A program made the translations under genes and the position numbers. Under the pieces are notes generated by a model. It was not told the origin of the DNA and did not search any database. It saw only the letters and a program-made list of their open reading frames with translations. A stretch of DNA of 64,000 nt from Massalongia carnosa (Eukaryota), in NCBI GenBank assembly GCA_965645245.1, contig OZ287074.1, positions 1,736,001 to 1,800,000 of the forward strand. Reading direction: 5' to 3'. Numbering within the stretch: the stretch's first letter is position 1; each line of letters opens with the position of its first letter. This document shows positions 34,676-45,642 of this stretch, one piece after another.

Positions 34676-36997
34676 ACGTAATTCACCGCTATTCGGAACA
34701 CCCGCTTATTCGGAACTAACAAATTTGATACCAACTTCGTAATTTATTATCACCGCCGCATGCACAAAACTTCCAGCACATGTACTCGGGAATTGATGAA
34801 CAGGTTCTAGAGAATATATGTAGCTAGCATAAGCTTGTAGAGCTACAATTTACGAGTGTTACGAATGACACGACCGCGCGAGCTAACCCGAACCTCTAAA
34901 ACTTCCTCCTTCTCCCCCTTTCCTACTATTTTCACATCACCCTGTATTAACTCAGTGGTATTTTTCTTTCTTGATATACATTTTCCTTTATTCAGAGCAG
35001 TTTTTTTTAAACCCTAGGTCATCCTCAACTGTCTCCTCAAAAATATGAGGTGTAATCTGAAGAAGATCGTGAAAAGCGTTTTGAAAGATAGAATCGTCTC
35101 GTTTCTTATTTTTAGGTAAAGATCGAGATGTTACGAGATCAGGCCCGTATATCAGATCGGGTCCAAGTCGCATTAGGTCTTTAGATATCTGAGAAAATAG
35201 TCGATCGTTATGTTTTTCTTTCCTTATCTGTGATCTAGCCTCTTTCTCCTTTTTCTTATTTTCAGCTACTTGTCTTCTTTTCTCTACATCTTCTAAACTC
35301 AATAAGTGAGCCTCTTGATCATGTATTGAGTGCCCATACGTTGAGCTCGTTATTTTTTTCGTGTATTGGCTACTAAAAGCTTCGTATTAGTACGATTCAA
35401 GACAATACGATCAGTCATAGCAAGTCTAGCTGCTTGAGGGGTTTTTTGTAGAAGAGTAAGCTTAGGGAAATCGAGAGTCTGATAACGAAATAGTAATATA
35501 AGCTCCTCAACGTCTGACACTTGTTCTATGTTTCCTGGTGTTGATGATATTTGGCCTGAAAGATAACGCGTTTGAATAGGAGTACTAGCGTCAGGTAGAG
35601 TTTCATCGTTCGTATAAAGCTTAGCTGATATTTTGTCAAAGACAGCGGAAGGATTGTATGAAATAAGTCCAGTAGCTCGCCATGCTGATTGTATATTCCG
35701 AGCAGTAATATTCTGTTGCCTAGCTTTTTGTATTAAAGAAATGAAATGAGCCTTGTCGACATTGTAGATTGTAAACCGTGTTTTCTCAGGTAGCAACGTT
35801 TTATATTTTTGTTTTAAAGGGTCAAATACTCCAACATCAAGAGGCTGTAATAAGTATGTTGAGTGTGCTGATAGACATAGACAAACTATTTTATGTTCCC
35901 GGGTAAATCGGATAAATTCAGTCGACACATGAAATGCATGCCCGTCAACAATTAAAATTCGATATTCACCACGAAGGTAAGCTCTTGTTGTTGGCTTAAA
36001 ACAGTCACGCATTCACTTTATACAGAGCTTGTTATCAGTTCAGCCGTTTTCACTTAGTGAAATACGAGCACTCGATTCCATATTACTAGGATATCAATCA
36101 TCTTTCCATCTCTTACCCTTTTAAATAACAAATAACGGTAATCGAGGATGAGTGATACCAATGAAAAACGTTTATTCCCGATTATTAGCTTGATTTATAA
36201 ATGCCTGTTTCCGATATTTTGAAAATACCATCTTTGAACTCCCCGCAACACTCATCATATAACCGTTTTCATTCATGTTGTATGTATCCTCGTTCAATAT
36301 ACCATGTTGGGCCTTAATAGACAGATACAGATCGAATCACTGCTGTATTGAATCCCGATTTTGAGCTAAAAACCGTTCTTGATCAAGCGTACGGCTATAT
36401 TTCAACTGTAGTACGGAGTGTAGGATGATGGTTGAGGAATTTTTCTGACCAGTTTTTGCCCAGTTCTTTAAAATCCTGTTTAACTCGTAATAATTCTTCT
36501 GTCATTTCGCGTAACTGCGCTATTCTAGGCGGAAATCCCCAAGACTGAAGTTGTAGCACTCAACTCTGAAGAGATCCTTCCTTCTCGGGCGTTAACCTCT
36601 GCTATAAAGTAAAGTACGATACCTGATTCTAGCGACCGTTTATTCTGTGATACGATGTTGTTTTCGGTACCGCATGGAGCCAAGCAGCTTGCGTAATAGA
36701 TAACGACCCTTCTGCCTCCTCATAGACCTTAACAGCCTGTTTTAAACGTTCTCTAACCTCGTCTTTCAAGGTAGTACGCAATCCCGATTTTGTAACTCGA
36801 AACTGCCGGGAAGAAGCCATTTCAGCGATGTAATTTATCGATAATCAGCTATTATAATAATTATAATACCCTTTGCCTTATTAAATCAGCTTTAGGGTTT
36901 TCCTCAATAAGTTGTAGAAGAGATAATGGTTGAAAGTAAGTTTCATGGTTTTGTTAGTTCCGAATAAGCGGGTGTTCCGAATACAGGTGAATTACGT
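34676..36997 (-). mobile_element. pogo/Fot1-type DNA transposon, 2322 bp, inactivated
   Basis: 48-bp TIR ACGTAATTCACC(GC/TG)TATTCGGAACACCCGCTTATTCGGAACTAACAAA at 34676-34723 and 36950-36997; TA on both flanks (34674-34675, 36998-36999). Confidence 0.95.
34988..36820 (-). pseudogene. Fot1/pogo transposase (HTH, CENP-B-like, DDE_1) with many stops and frameshifts
   Basis: HTH-like N-terminus SITQAAWLHAVPKTT; decayed motifs SENG*TDN, RILIVDGH, HSTYLLQPLDVGVF and IQSAWRATGL. Confidence 0.9.
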
Positions 36998-37047
36998 TAA
37001 GTAATTTTGAAATAGGTGCGTAAATTACAAAGATTTGAAAATTTTAC

Positions 37048-37116
37048 TATTCGTGCCCCACACTTTCGCTCGGTCGACTCGCTTAGTCTACCGACCGAAA
37101 GTGTGGGGCACGAATA
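37048..37116. repeat. 69-bp hairpin (32-bp arms, 2 mismatches, 5-nt loop) beginning and ending in TA
   Basis: TATTCGTGCCCCACACTTTCGCTCGGTCGACT-CGCTT-AGTCTACCGACCGAAAGTGTGGGGCACGAATA. Confidence 0.85.
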
Positions 37117-37313
37117 CTCTTTATTAATATGGCTCTACTATGTTTATAATAGTTTCGTATTCTATTTCGTTCTTTTTTCGGCATGTAAGAAGAAAAACCG
37201 TGTGGCTATTCAGATGTAATTATTAAGAGTTTCAAGTATCTGACTTCATAAAGACGAAAATCAAAACTCCCACCCAACTTTCGTTATCCATCATACAAAC
37301 ACATAAGTCACCT

Positions 37314-37404
37314 CATCGAAAAAGCCCATTCATTCGGAATGGCCACACCCCTCAGGCGGAAGCCTTTCACATCGAAAAAGCCCATTCATTTAGAATGGCC
37401 ACAC
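37314..37404. repeat. 35-bp direct repeat, period 56 bp
   Basis: CATCGAAAAAGCCCATTCATT(CG/TA)GAATGGCCACAC at 37314 and 37370. Confidence 0.8.
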
Positions 37405-38459
37405 TTACACACCTTCATTTATACGACACCACGATCTGCCCTCGATCACGGCCAGTCTTTCCTCCATTGAATCAAAACGTTTAAAGAGAGAGAACGTTCG
37501 TCGAACGTGTGGAAATACACTGTCTAGTTCATCGAGTCTATAGGATTCCTAGCGCTTGAAGATCTGGGTGTATGCACCGCGTGGTAGAAGGACGGTCTCG
37601 TTGCGTTCAACATGGAACAAGGGAGTGGTTTTACCCTGGGGGCCAGGTTTCCACTTCCTGACTGTTGTTTATGTACATAAATAGCAGTCACAGCGTCATA
37701 TCCTTAGGATGCATACGCTTAATGAATTAATAATAAAAAACACATAAGTAGTTCTCCAGCCCATTACAACCGGTGTCAATGTAAACAAATACTGTCAGAT
37801 AGATGATGATGGGCGAAGACCTTGCTTGCTACTACAGAAAAGGGAGATGACTATATACAGAGTGACAGGGCTGAGGGCCGAGCTCGCTTAGTAATGGCCA
37901 CTTTGACAAATACATTCATTCAAAGCTAATCTATGGAGAGAACCCTCCAGGGGGATTCGTTTCAATTGCGAAAACTGGACCCCATCCGCATACATACCCT
38001 ACCAGCTCCAAATGAGGTATAAGTAGATAGGTATATAGTCCCATTGCTTTTCCGCGAAAGAAAAGAAGAGAAAAGAAAAAGAAAAAACCCAATTCCAAAG
38101 ATGTACACCTTCTAGTTCAGGAAGGCATGCCATTTCATGCTAAAAGAGACTTACTAAGAATGGGTGGAAGAATTGCTTTGGAGCAACAAGTTGAGAATGT
38201 TGCCATTGCTTTTTTTTCTCTTCTCGAGAATTACTTGCTGAGGAGGATCGGCATCAGGAGTGACTGGTTCCGAACCGATGAGTGCCGATAGGAAATCGCG
38301 TAAGTCTTGCTGTGTACGCGAGAGGTGGGATGAGCTTCGATATAAAGGTTGTTGTCCGCAAATTCGAGGGACGGATATATAAAGCCATTAAAGACCACTA
38401 AATCCGTTAGATCAATGTCCGTAGGTTTCAACTTGCAATGGCAGAAAGCTATACAGCAA

Positions 38460-40525
38460 TTATTCGACGGCTTTTGCTTCCCTACCGTCCTTGACATCTT
38501 TGGCCTCATGCTTCTCCTTGACATCTTTGTCGTCAGGCCTTTCTTTGGAACTTTGCCCCTCGTCATGCTCCTTGACGTTTGCGGAGTTCTCAACTTCTTT
38601 CTCTTTGGGCCTTTCTTTGACACCCGCAGACTTCCCTTTAACTTCTTTTACTTCAACCCTATCCTTGACGTCTGCAGATTTATCATTAATTTCTTTCTTT
38701 TCGGCAGTATCTCTGACGTCTGCAGCCTTCTCCTTGGTGATGTCTGCGGGCCTATCCTTAACTTCTTTCTTCTCAGAGGTCTCCCTGACGTCTGCTGACT
38801 TCTTCTTGCCGTCTATAGCTTTCTCCGTAACATCTATAGCCTTCTCTTTGACGTCTGAAGCCTTCTCCTTGACGTCTGAAGCCTTCTCCTTGACGTCCGT
38901 AGCTTTCTTTGCTGCAATCTCCTCCACGGATTCCTTCACTGGCTGAACAACAGGTCCTTGCTCGTCTCCCTGTCCTGCGCTAGCACCAGAACCTCCGAGC
39001 TGCTTCTGCGCCTCCTCATCCTTCTTAGAGATCCTTTCAATGTCCGTTTTGTCCTTCTCCCACTGGCTATTAGGATCGTTGAATTCCTCCTTGATCTTCT
39101 TCATGCGGTCTGCCCGCTCGCGCTCCTCGTTCTCGCGGTTCTTCCGTTCTTGTTCCATCTCCTCCATGTGACGAATGTCATCCACACTCGGTTCGTAAAG
39201 ATGCCATACGGTGTAATGTGGAAGTCCAACAACGCTGAACCCCATGCGCTTTGCCATCTACGTGGGCGATTAGCTTGAGACACCATTATGTTTATGCGGG
39301 GTATTTCTTGTACCTTTCCAAAACCCTCAGTCTCCGCATGTTTTTCAAAGCTGAAGGCCGGGAAATGTACTCCAGAACGGAAGACCTTGGCCTTCGATAG
39401 AATACTTACCCCGCCCACACCATCAATTTCCATCTCCATGTCGGGATCGCCATACGGATCCCTCAGGTATGCAAGATGGGGCCGCCAAGTTGCATATTCT
39501 GCGTATCCTTCTACAATTACCGCATCCTCATCAAGCGTATCTGCCAACGCTAAGGCAGTCTCCGACTCTTGCCAAGAGTTTAGATCGTAGGGCTGCTCGC
39601 CACCTAGCCAATCAGGTAAAGGACGCCACACATCTGTCAGATTAATGTTAGGACTGTGCTTTTGAAGAATTCCTAGCAACGCTTGGCTACGTACTCGGGA
39701 CAATGACGTCTTTATTATGCCGCATCAAGTCCTCCAATATAGTAAAGGGAGCTGTCTCAACATCCACGTCTCTCCAGTAGACCCAGCTATGGGTAGGGCG
39801 AAGTGCAGCGCTCAGTAGCCAGTTCCTCGCTTGGGCCATCAATTTTCTCCTGCTCGCCTGAGCAGCAAAACCATGACGGCTTTCGACATCTTGGTTCACC
39901 TGTTGGCCAAAATCCTTTTCAAGCACCGATATCTCCCCAAAAGGCTGTTTTGGGTCGGGATCTTGTTGTAGCTCCGTAAGACTTTGGGAGAGAACAGACA
40001 AGGTTTTATCCTTCGAATCGGAGACGAGGAACGCCAAATCAATCAAATGGTGGGGATATGTCAGGTTTCGCAGATGAGAGAAGAACATAGGCAGATGCGA
40101 TTCGGCGTCTCGTAATGGGGCACACATCAATACCCTCTCCTCGCGCTCCCACCCTCTTGCCGTGCCCCCTACATTGGATAAATCATAATACCTCACCGTC
40201 TCTAATTGGAGGTCTTCCGTTGCTGAGAATAGCCCAAGTGATAGTGTCGTAAGAAGGATAGATGGTAATGTAGGAAAGAAGACGAGGATGAAGAAGCAAG
40301 AAACGCTTCCGACAATCGCTAATCGTATGAGGAGCTGTCTACGCCGCCGTAGCGCTGGTTGTGATCGAGGTTGAAACCCTCTAAATTCAAGGTTCTGTCA
40401 GAAACCATTTCAACCTCTTCGATAACATAGTGTGGTAGTTCTTACCTATGCGGCGATATCGAGAGATTCCCACTCCCTCGAGGATAGGCTGTGTTCCCAT
40501 TCGCGTAGGCATGATGCCTATTCAT
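38460..40525 (-). CDS. ANP1: Golgi mannan polymerase II subunit Anp1 (GT62) with a long KED-rich tail
   Basis: N-terminal ISPHR..QPRSQPALRRRR plus TM; RVLMCAPLRDA, LTYPHHLIDLAFLVSDS, ARNWLLSAAL, WRDVDVE, PYDLNSWQES, HAETEGFGK|MAKRMG, LPHYTVWHLYEP; 3 introns. Confidence 0.92.
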
Positions 40526-42316
40526 TCTTTGAACCCACGCCGCAGGCGCGAGCGATTGGCTTAAGATACGCAAATCAATGATTTGAAATAGCAACTTCGT
40601 CCCAGTTCTGGAGATAGCAGCCCCTTGGGCGCCCGAACGACTGAACGGCGACCAAACGTGTTTCGAAAAGAGACTAAAACTTCTAAGGTTGTCTGCCGTA
40701 TAGATTACAAGGCCTTCAGTAGATTCAGTGGAGTCGTAAAGGCCAGAGATAACAGGTTTAGTTGAAGCTCTGTACGAACTCCAAGAAAAACGACATGTGT
40801 ACTCTCAGCTGTAGACCCCTGCATATCTAACAAAAGGGTCCTTGTACTAGGTACTGTGTTACGGAGAACTGTATATTTTCTACGATGTTATTTTTTGAAA
40901 CAGGGAAACTTTCACTCATTCCGGTATTTTTCTCCACTTGTGGGTACCGAGGTATTCTCTTGACATCGGAGGAACCCCGAAAATCCAATTTGGGACATGT
41001 CACGAAGGGCTTGGAACAATATGAAATTTTATCTAGATGTTGGGTTCCAGATGGGGACTTCAGTAGGACTTGGATATTGATAGGTTTCTATGGAGGTATA
41101 TGCCAACCAAACATCTCTTAAACCTACACAGTAGAGCACCCAGCATCGACAACGAAAATACCCTGTGAGCTCTTCAATATATCATGGCGCCAAAATTTTC
41201 GCTGCTTCTACTCATTCACGGTTGCAAAGATCTAGCTATAGACTAGTAGAGAGTTAGTTATGCCAATAATGTTACGAATATGAAGAATATGCACCGACAA
41301 CAAATAGTACTCAGAAAAGCCGATTTAATCAAGCAGCTCCTACCGGCACCAGGCCCACAAAGATCAAGACGATCAGCATGAACCATGGGCTCTGAAATCA
41401 ACATGACATCCTACCTGATGGGGTAGTAAAGTAACTCCACAACCTTTCATCCCAGATTGGATATCCGGTCTGGTTTGGGAGGGTGATTTGGCAAGAAGAG
41501 GCTTCAGGGAATGGATTGACTGCTTTCATCTTTGTACGAATGAACAAATAGGTGACGACGTACCCTCTGCTAAAAGATATGAAATTCTGAGTTTGCGAGC
41601 TTTTGCCTATAAATCCATCTGTTAGTCTAAAATCGAGACATGAATGTGCTTTTTTGGCTAGATGGTGCCCAAGGATATGATCAGAAATTTAGTAGGTTTG
41701 GTAATGGATATCATCAACGAAATTCAGTAGCAGAACTGATATTATTTTTTTTCATCATTTTTGAACTATTTTGTAACAGGCGAGAGATTGGGCTTACCAA
41801 ACAAGACTTATTGCAACGTAAGGGACCAAGAAAGCCTACTCAATACACTGCAGGGTACGGTTAGTGACTTTTTTTTCTTCTAGTAGGCAGCATAAGAAGA
41901 AAGAGTTAAATAGCGACAAGTTTCAGATGGTAGTGCATGTTGTCCAAGGGCTCATGGAAAATAGCCGGAACTTGTGTGTTGGATTTTCTTCATATAATGC
42001 TGGGTGCTATGATTGAGGCATTGTGCGAAGAAGCGAACTTACACTCCCTAAACAATAGCTGATGAGAAAGGATTGATTGACAAGAGATAAATGAAGATTT
42101 ACAAAGTAGACAAAGGGTGAAAGAAGAAGTTGTCACAGATGAGTTGAGTATAATTACAGACTTGTAATGGCTTGAATACCATACAATAGTGGTTGAAATC
42201 GTGTAATCTCGGCAATCTTAGTTATCTTATCCAGCCCGCTAGGACGACTTGATATTTTCACTGCTGTGCATTCAGCATTTTCTTCTGCAATCAACTCAAA
42301 AGAGTCGCTTGACAAC

Positions 42317-43411
42317 ATGACCGACAGAAGACGTGTCAATGGGCCTGCTTCTGGCACGGTAGTGCCAGTGTTTGCCTTGTCAAAAGACTCACCACCCGCC
42401 TCTTTTAATAAAGGCCGAAGTCGCATTAGACCGCACAACGAGCTACGAAAAATTTGTAGGTTCTAAATGAAGTTTACAGATACCTAGCAAATGCGCATGC
42501 TTGAACGAAAACTTATCGCTGACTTTCCACGCGTGCTAGTCATTAAGACTGGCCTGACCCCTTCTGCCTCTGGCTCTGCCTACCTCGAGCTTGAATCGTC
42601 CTCAATGCCTGTTAGGAGAGAATCGAGCTCTCTTTCGTATACTCCTTCAGCTCTCAAATTAAGCTGCGCAGTACATGGTCCACGGCCACTCCCACGATCC
42701 GCCCCATTCACCCCTCATCTTCTTCTATCTACACATGTAAAGTTTGCGCCATTCGCAACACGCCTACGACGAGGGCATATCCGTGATTCAAGCGAGCGAG
42801 ACCTATCCGTTCATTTAGAGAGTGCTCTTCGCGGCGTAATCATTAGCGAACGATGGCCAAAAAGTGGCCTAGAGATTATAATCACTGTGCTAGAAGGAGA
42901 GCAGGACCACACCCAGGGTCAGGAGGTAGACACGGGGAGTGAAGGAGCTAGCCCCACCGGTGGTTGGAGTATGATGTCCATACTATCCGGGTGTATCACT
43001 GTAGCTTCTGCTGCTATTGTGGATGCAGGGGTTGACTGTGTGGACTTTGTCACAGGCGGAGTCGCTGCAGTGGTTCGTCAACTCCCCTCAAAACCATCTG
43101 AAAATCGAAAGAACTATCTCACAATCCAGAGATCCTCACCGGAGAGCATGGAAGTTGTTATCGATCCATGCCCTTCTGAGCATCCAGAGATTGGCGCTGC
43201 TTGTGTTGTGGCATATCTCCAATCTCGCGATGAGATAACTGAGATGTGGGCAAAAGGCGACGCTATGAATTTGACAATTAGCAAAACTCCAGGTGAAACT
43301 GGGCTTAATGTTCTCATGGACCACGCAGTGGATGCTGCAATCGCAGCACGACTTGTTTTGATAGAAGCTATTAGCGAATCTACAGAGTTGAAACTACAGG
43401 GAAGCAAGTAA
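42317..43411 (+). CDS. MTR3: RNA exosome RNase-PH-like core subunit Mtr3
   Basis: MTDRRRVNGP...ELRKI|.IKTGLTPSASGSAYLE...VHGPRP...VKFAPF...WPKSGLEIIITVLE; one intron at about 42457-42539. Confidence 0.85.
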
Positions 43412-43952
43412 ACAACAGGCCTCTTCATCGACGGGTAAAATTCAAGTTCTTTCTACCGAAGTTTGAGTTTCTGGATGTTCCAACGCTGATCTTTATGGCC
43501 ACATCAAAAAATTTTCTTCCTTTGCGAGTGGAGGGCTTCAGTCATTTCTGCAAAGCTTCTCAAATTCTTCAGCTTGGAATATCTTGAAAGCCGTCAGACC
43601 GCTGACAGAACACAATGCAGGCTAGATCCGTAGTTTTGTTACGTTGGGGATTGAATTAATGATTAGGTGAAAGTATCCATAGGCCAAATATCGGGTGCTC
43701 GCTTCCTTGTCATGGTAATACATTCATGAATCTCCTGATTCAGTGGTGTTTGTTATTTGCTAGGCTTATCCCAGCTTGGTCAAGCCCTAAGTGCTGCCCA
43801 AAGCAGTTACCCAACGATATTTACTATTCATTTGCTTCCATTTCCAGACCGGGTCTAGGAACTAGCTTATACACTAACAAATTATCTTGATTCCCCCAAC
43901 CAGCAAAACCGATCAGATAGGTTGTTGGATATCACGTTCGGCCTCTTCGAGC

Positions 43953-44838
43953 ATGCCTTCCAAAATTCAGTTGGACGAGAACCTGTGGTTTCTCTATGTT
44001 TGCCTTCAAAATTCGGACTACAAATCAGTAGGTTTATCTTGTAATCTGCTCATAACCTTATTAATCTTACTAGATCGATTTCAATGGCGTTGGAGAAGTT
44101 ATCAAGCTTAAGCCATCCGCTGCTCGTATGCGTTACACACGTCTTCGACGAGCGATTGAAAGCGGAACCCTCATTGGCACACATGGTACCCCATTCCAAG
44201 GTGGTGGCAATAAAACCGCCCAGCCCGAGCAAAAGCGCAAGAAGCTGTCTGATGGTTCTGACGAAGAGCCCACGCCTGCCCGGAAACGTACTAAAAGCCG
44301 CTCGCTTCTAAGGCCTCAAGATACTGCTCGTCCTAGATGCTTGGAGGAGAAGACTCAGCCAAGCAACAACAGTGGTCCTCCTACGCTCAAGGGGCCTCAG
44401 GATGCTACCAAGACGGATATGCTAACTATCAAAGCAGAAGCATTCGGTACCCGTACATTCTATTCCGAAGGCCTATTACGTGAACATATGAACACCTCAC
44501 AAACTCTTCCTGCCCAGGCTCCTAGTAACTTCTCTCAACCCGGGAAATCTTCTTTTTCACGGAGCGGACCACATTCTCAAATGCCCAGACAATCAACATT
44601 CCCATTACCTCTTCCTCATTCCACGCTCATTGGAAGAAGCCCCGATATTGGATATCAAATTATATCCACGCCTCGAACTCCCCGCCCGCTTCCCAAGCAA
44701 GACGGAAGCAACCCAACCGCAGACTCGACCACAGCGAATTCAGCCACTTCAGCGCATATCCCACAAGCCATATCGGTAGTTTTCAACACCGAAGACGAGG
44801 ACGCCAAGGCTTTCCACGGCTCCCCCTTCCTCATCTAG
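43953..44838 (+). CDS. Hypothetical protein with a short N-terminal fungal Myb-like helical domain and a disordered tail
   Basis: MPSKIQLDENLWFLYVCLQNSDYKS|IDFNGVGEVIKLKPSAARMRYTRLRRAIE after removing a GTAGGT...TAG intron at about 44028-44073. Confidence 0.7.
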
Positions 44839-45642
44839 CTTCGAAATTGAGCGAGAAGGGTTTCGTATGCATTGCTTTCGGGCGGAATCATAAGCAGAAC
44901 AGGGCAGAGACTGTTGGGTGGTTGGTGAAGCGTTCTTTGTTCAGGTCTGTTCTACGTTCATGACTCGACACCAGGGTCGTCTAGTCTTGCATGTATGTAG
45001 GTATCCACGACGAATCCACGACGAACGCAACGGGGTTCTCCGCTGCTGATATCTTGCTTCTTCCGGATCGGCTAGGTACCCTTTCCTGCGATCCAATCTT
45101 ATAAACCCCCCTTTCACGACTACGTAATATCAAACAACCAACTAAGATCATTCCCCACCATTATTCATTATCCATTCGCCTTCTAACCCCCCCTCCCCTC
45201 ATGGTGACCCTGTCTTACATACATACCCTTCTTATTCTTCTCTCGCGCCAACTACCTATCTAACATAACCTAACCTACCTCCCCATCCCGAGGAAGGGGT
45301 TGAGGGCTAGGGATAAAGCATCTAGGGGTAGGGAAGTAAACAGGTACCTAGTTACTAACCTGGCCAGCGCTGAAGCGATTCCCGCTGTCAGGTATGTAGG
45401 TATGCAACTACGTGAATTAGTGGTCAAGTAACCAAGTGCGGTGAAAAAAACAATGTACGGGTATTATCAGTATTATTAGGTAGTTCTGTGGAGTTCTCGT
45501 AGAGCGTGGTTGACGGAACTTCATTTGAATAGGTATGTAAATAGGGGTTTGATAGCGACGCTAGAACACTACCCTTTCCCTGACTGTGCCATGCCCATCC
45601 TCCCATCCTCCCTTTTTTTTTAAAAAAAAAAAAGTCGATAAC

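Noticed and set aside
37314..37404. CRISPR-like repeat-spacer
   Set aside because: Only two copies, eukaryotic context and no cas genes; a simple tandem duplication.
40900..41600. Possible degraded gene between ANP1 and MTR3
   Set aside because: Coding-like stretches broken by many stops, with no identifiable family.
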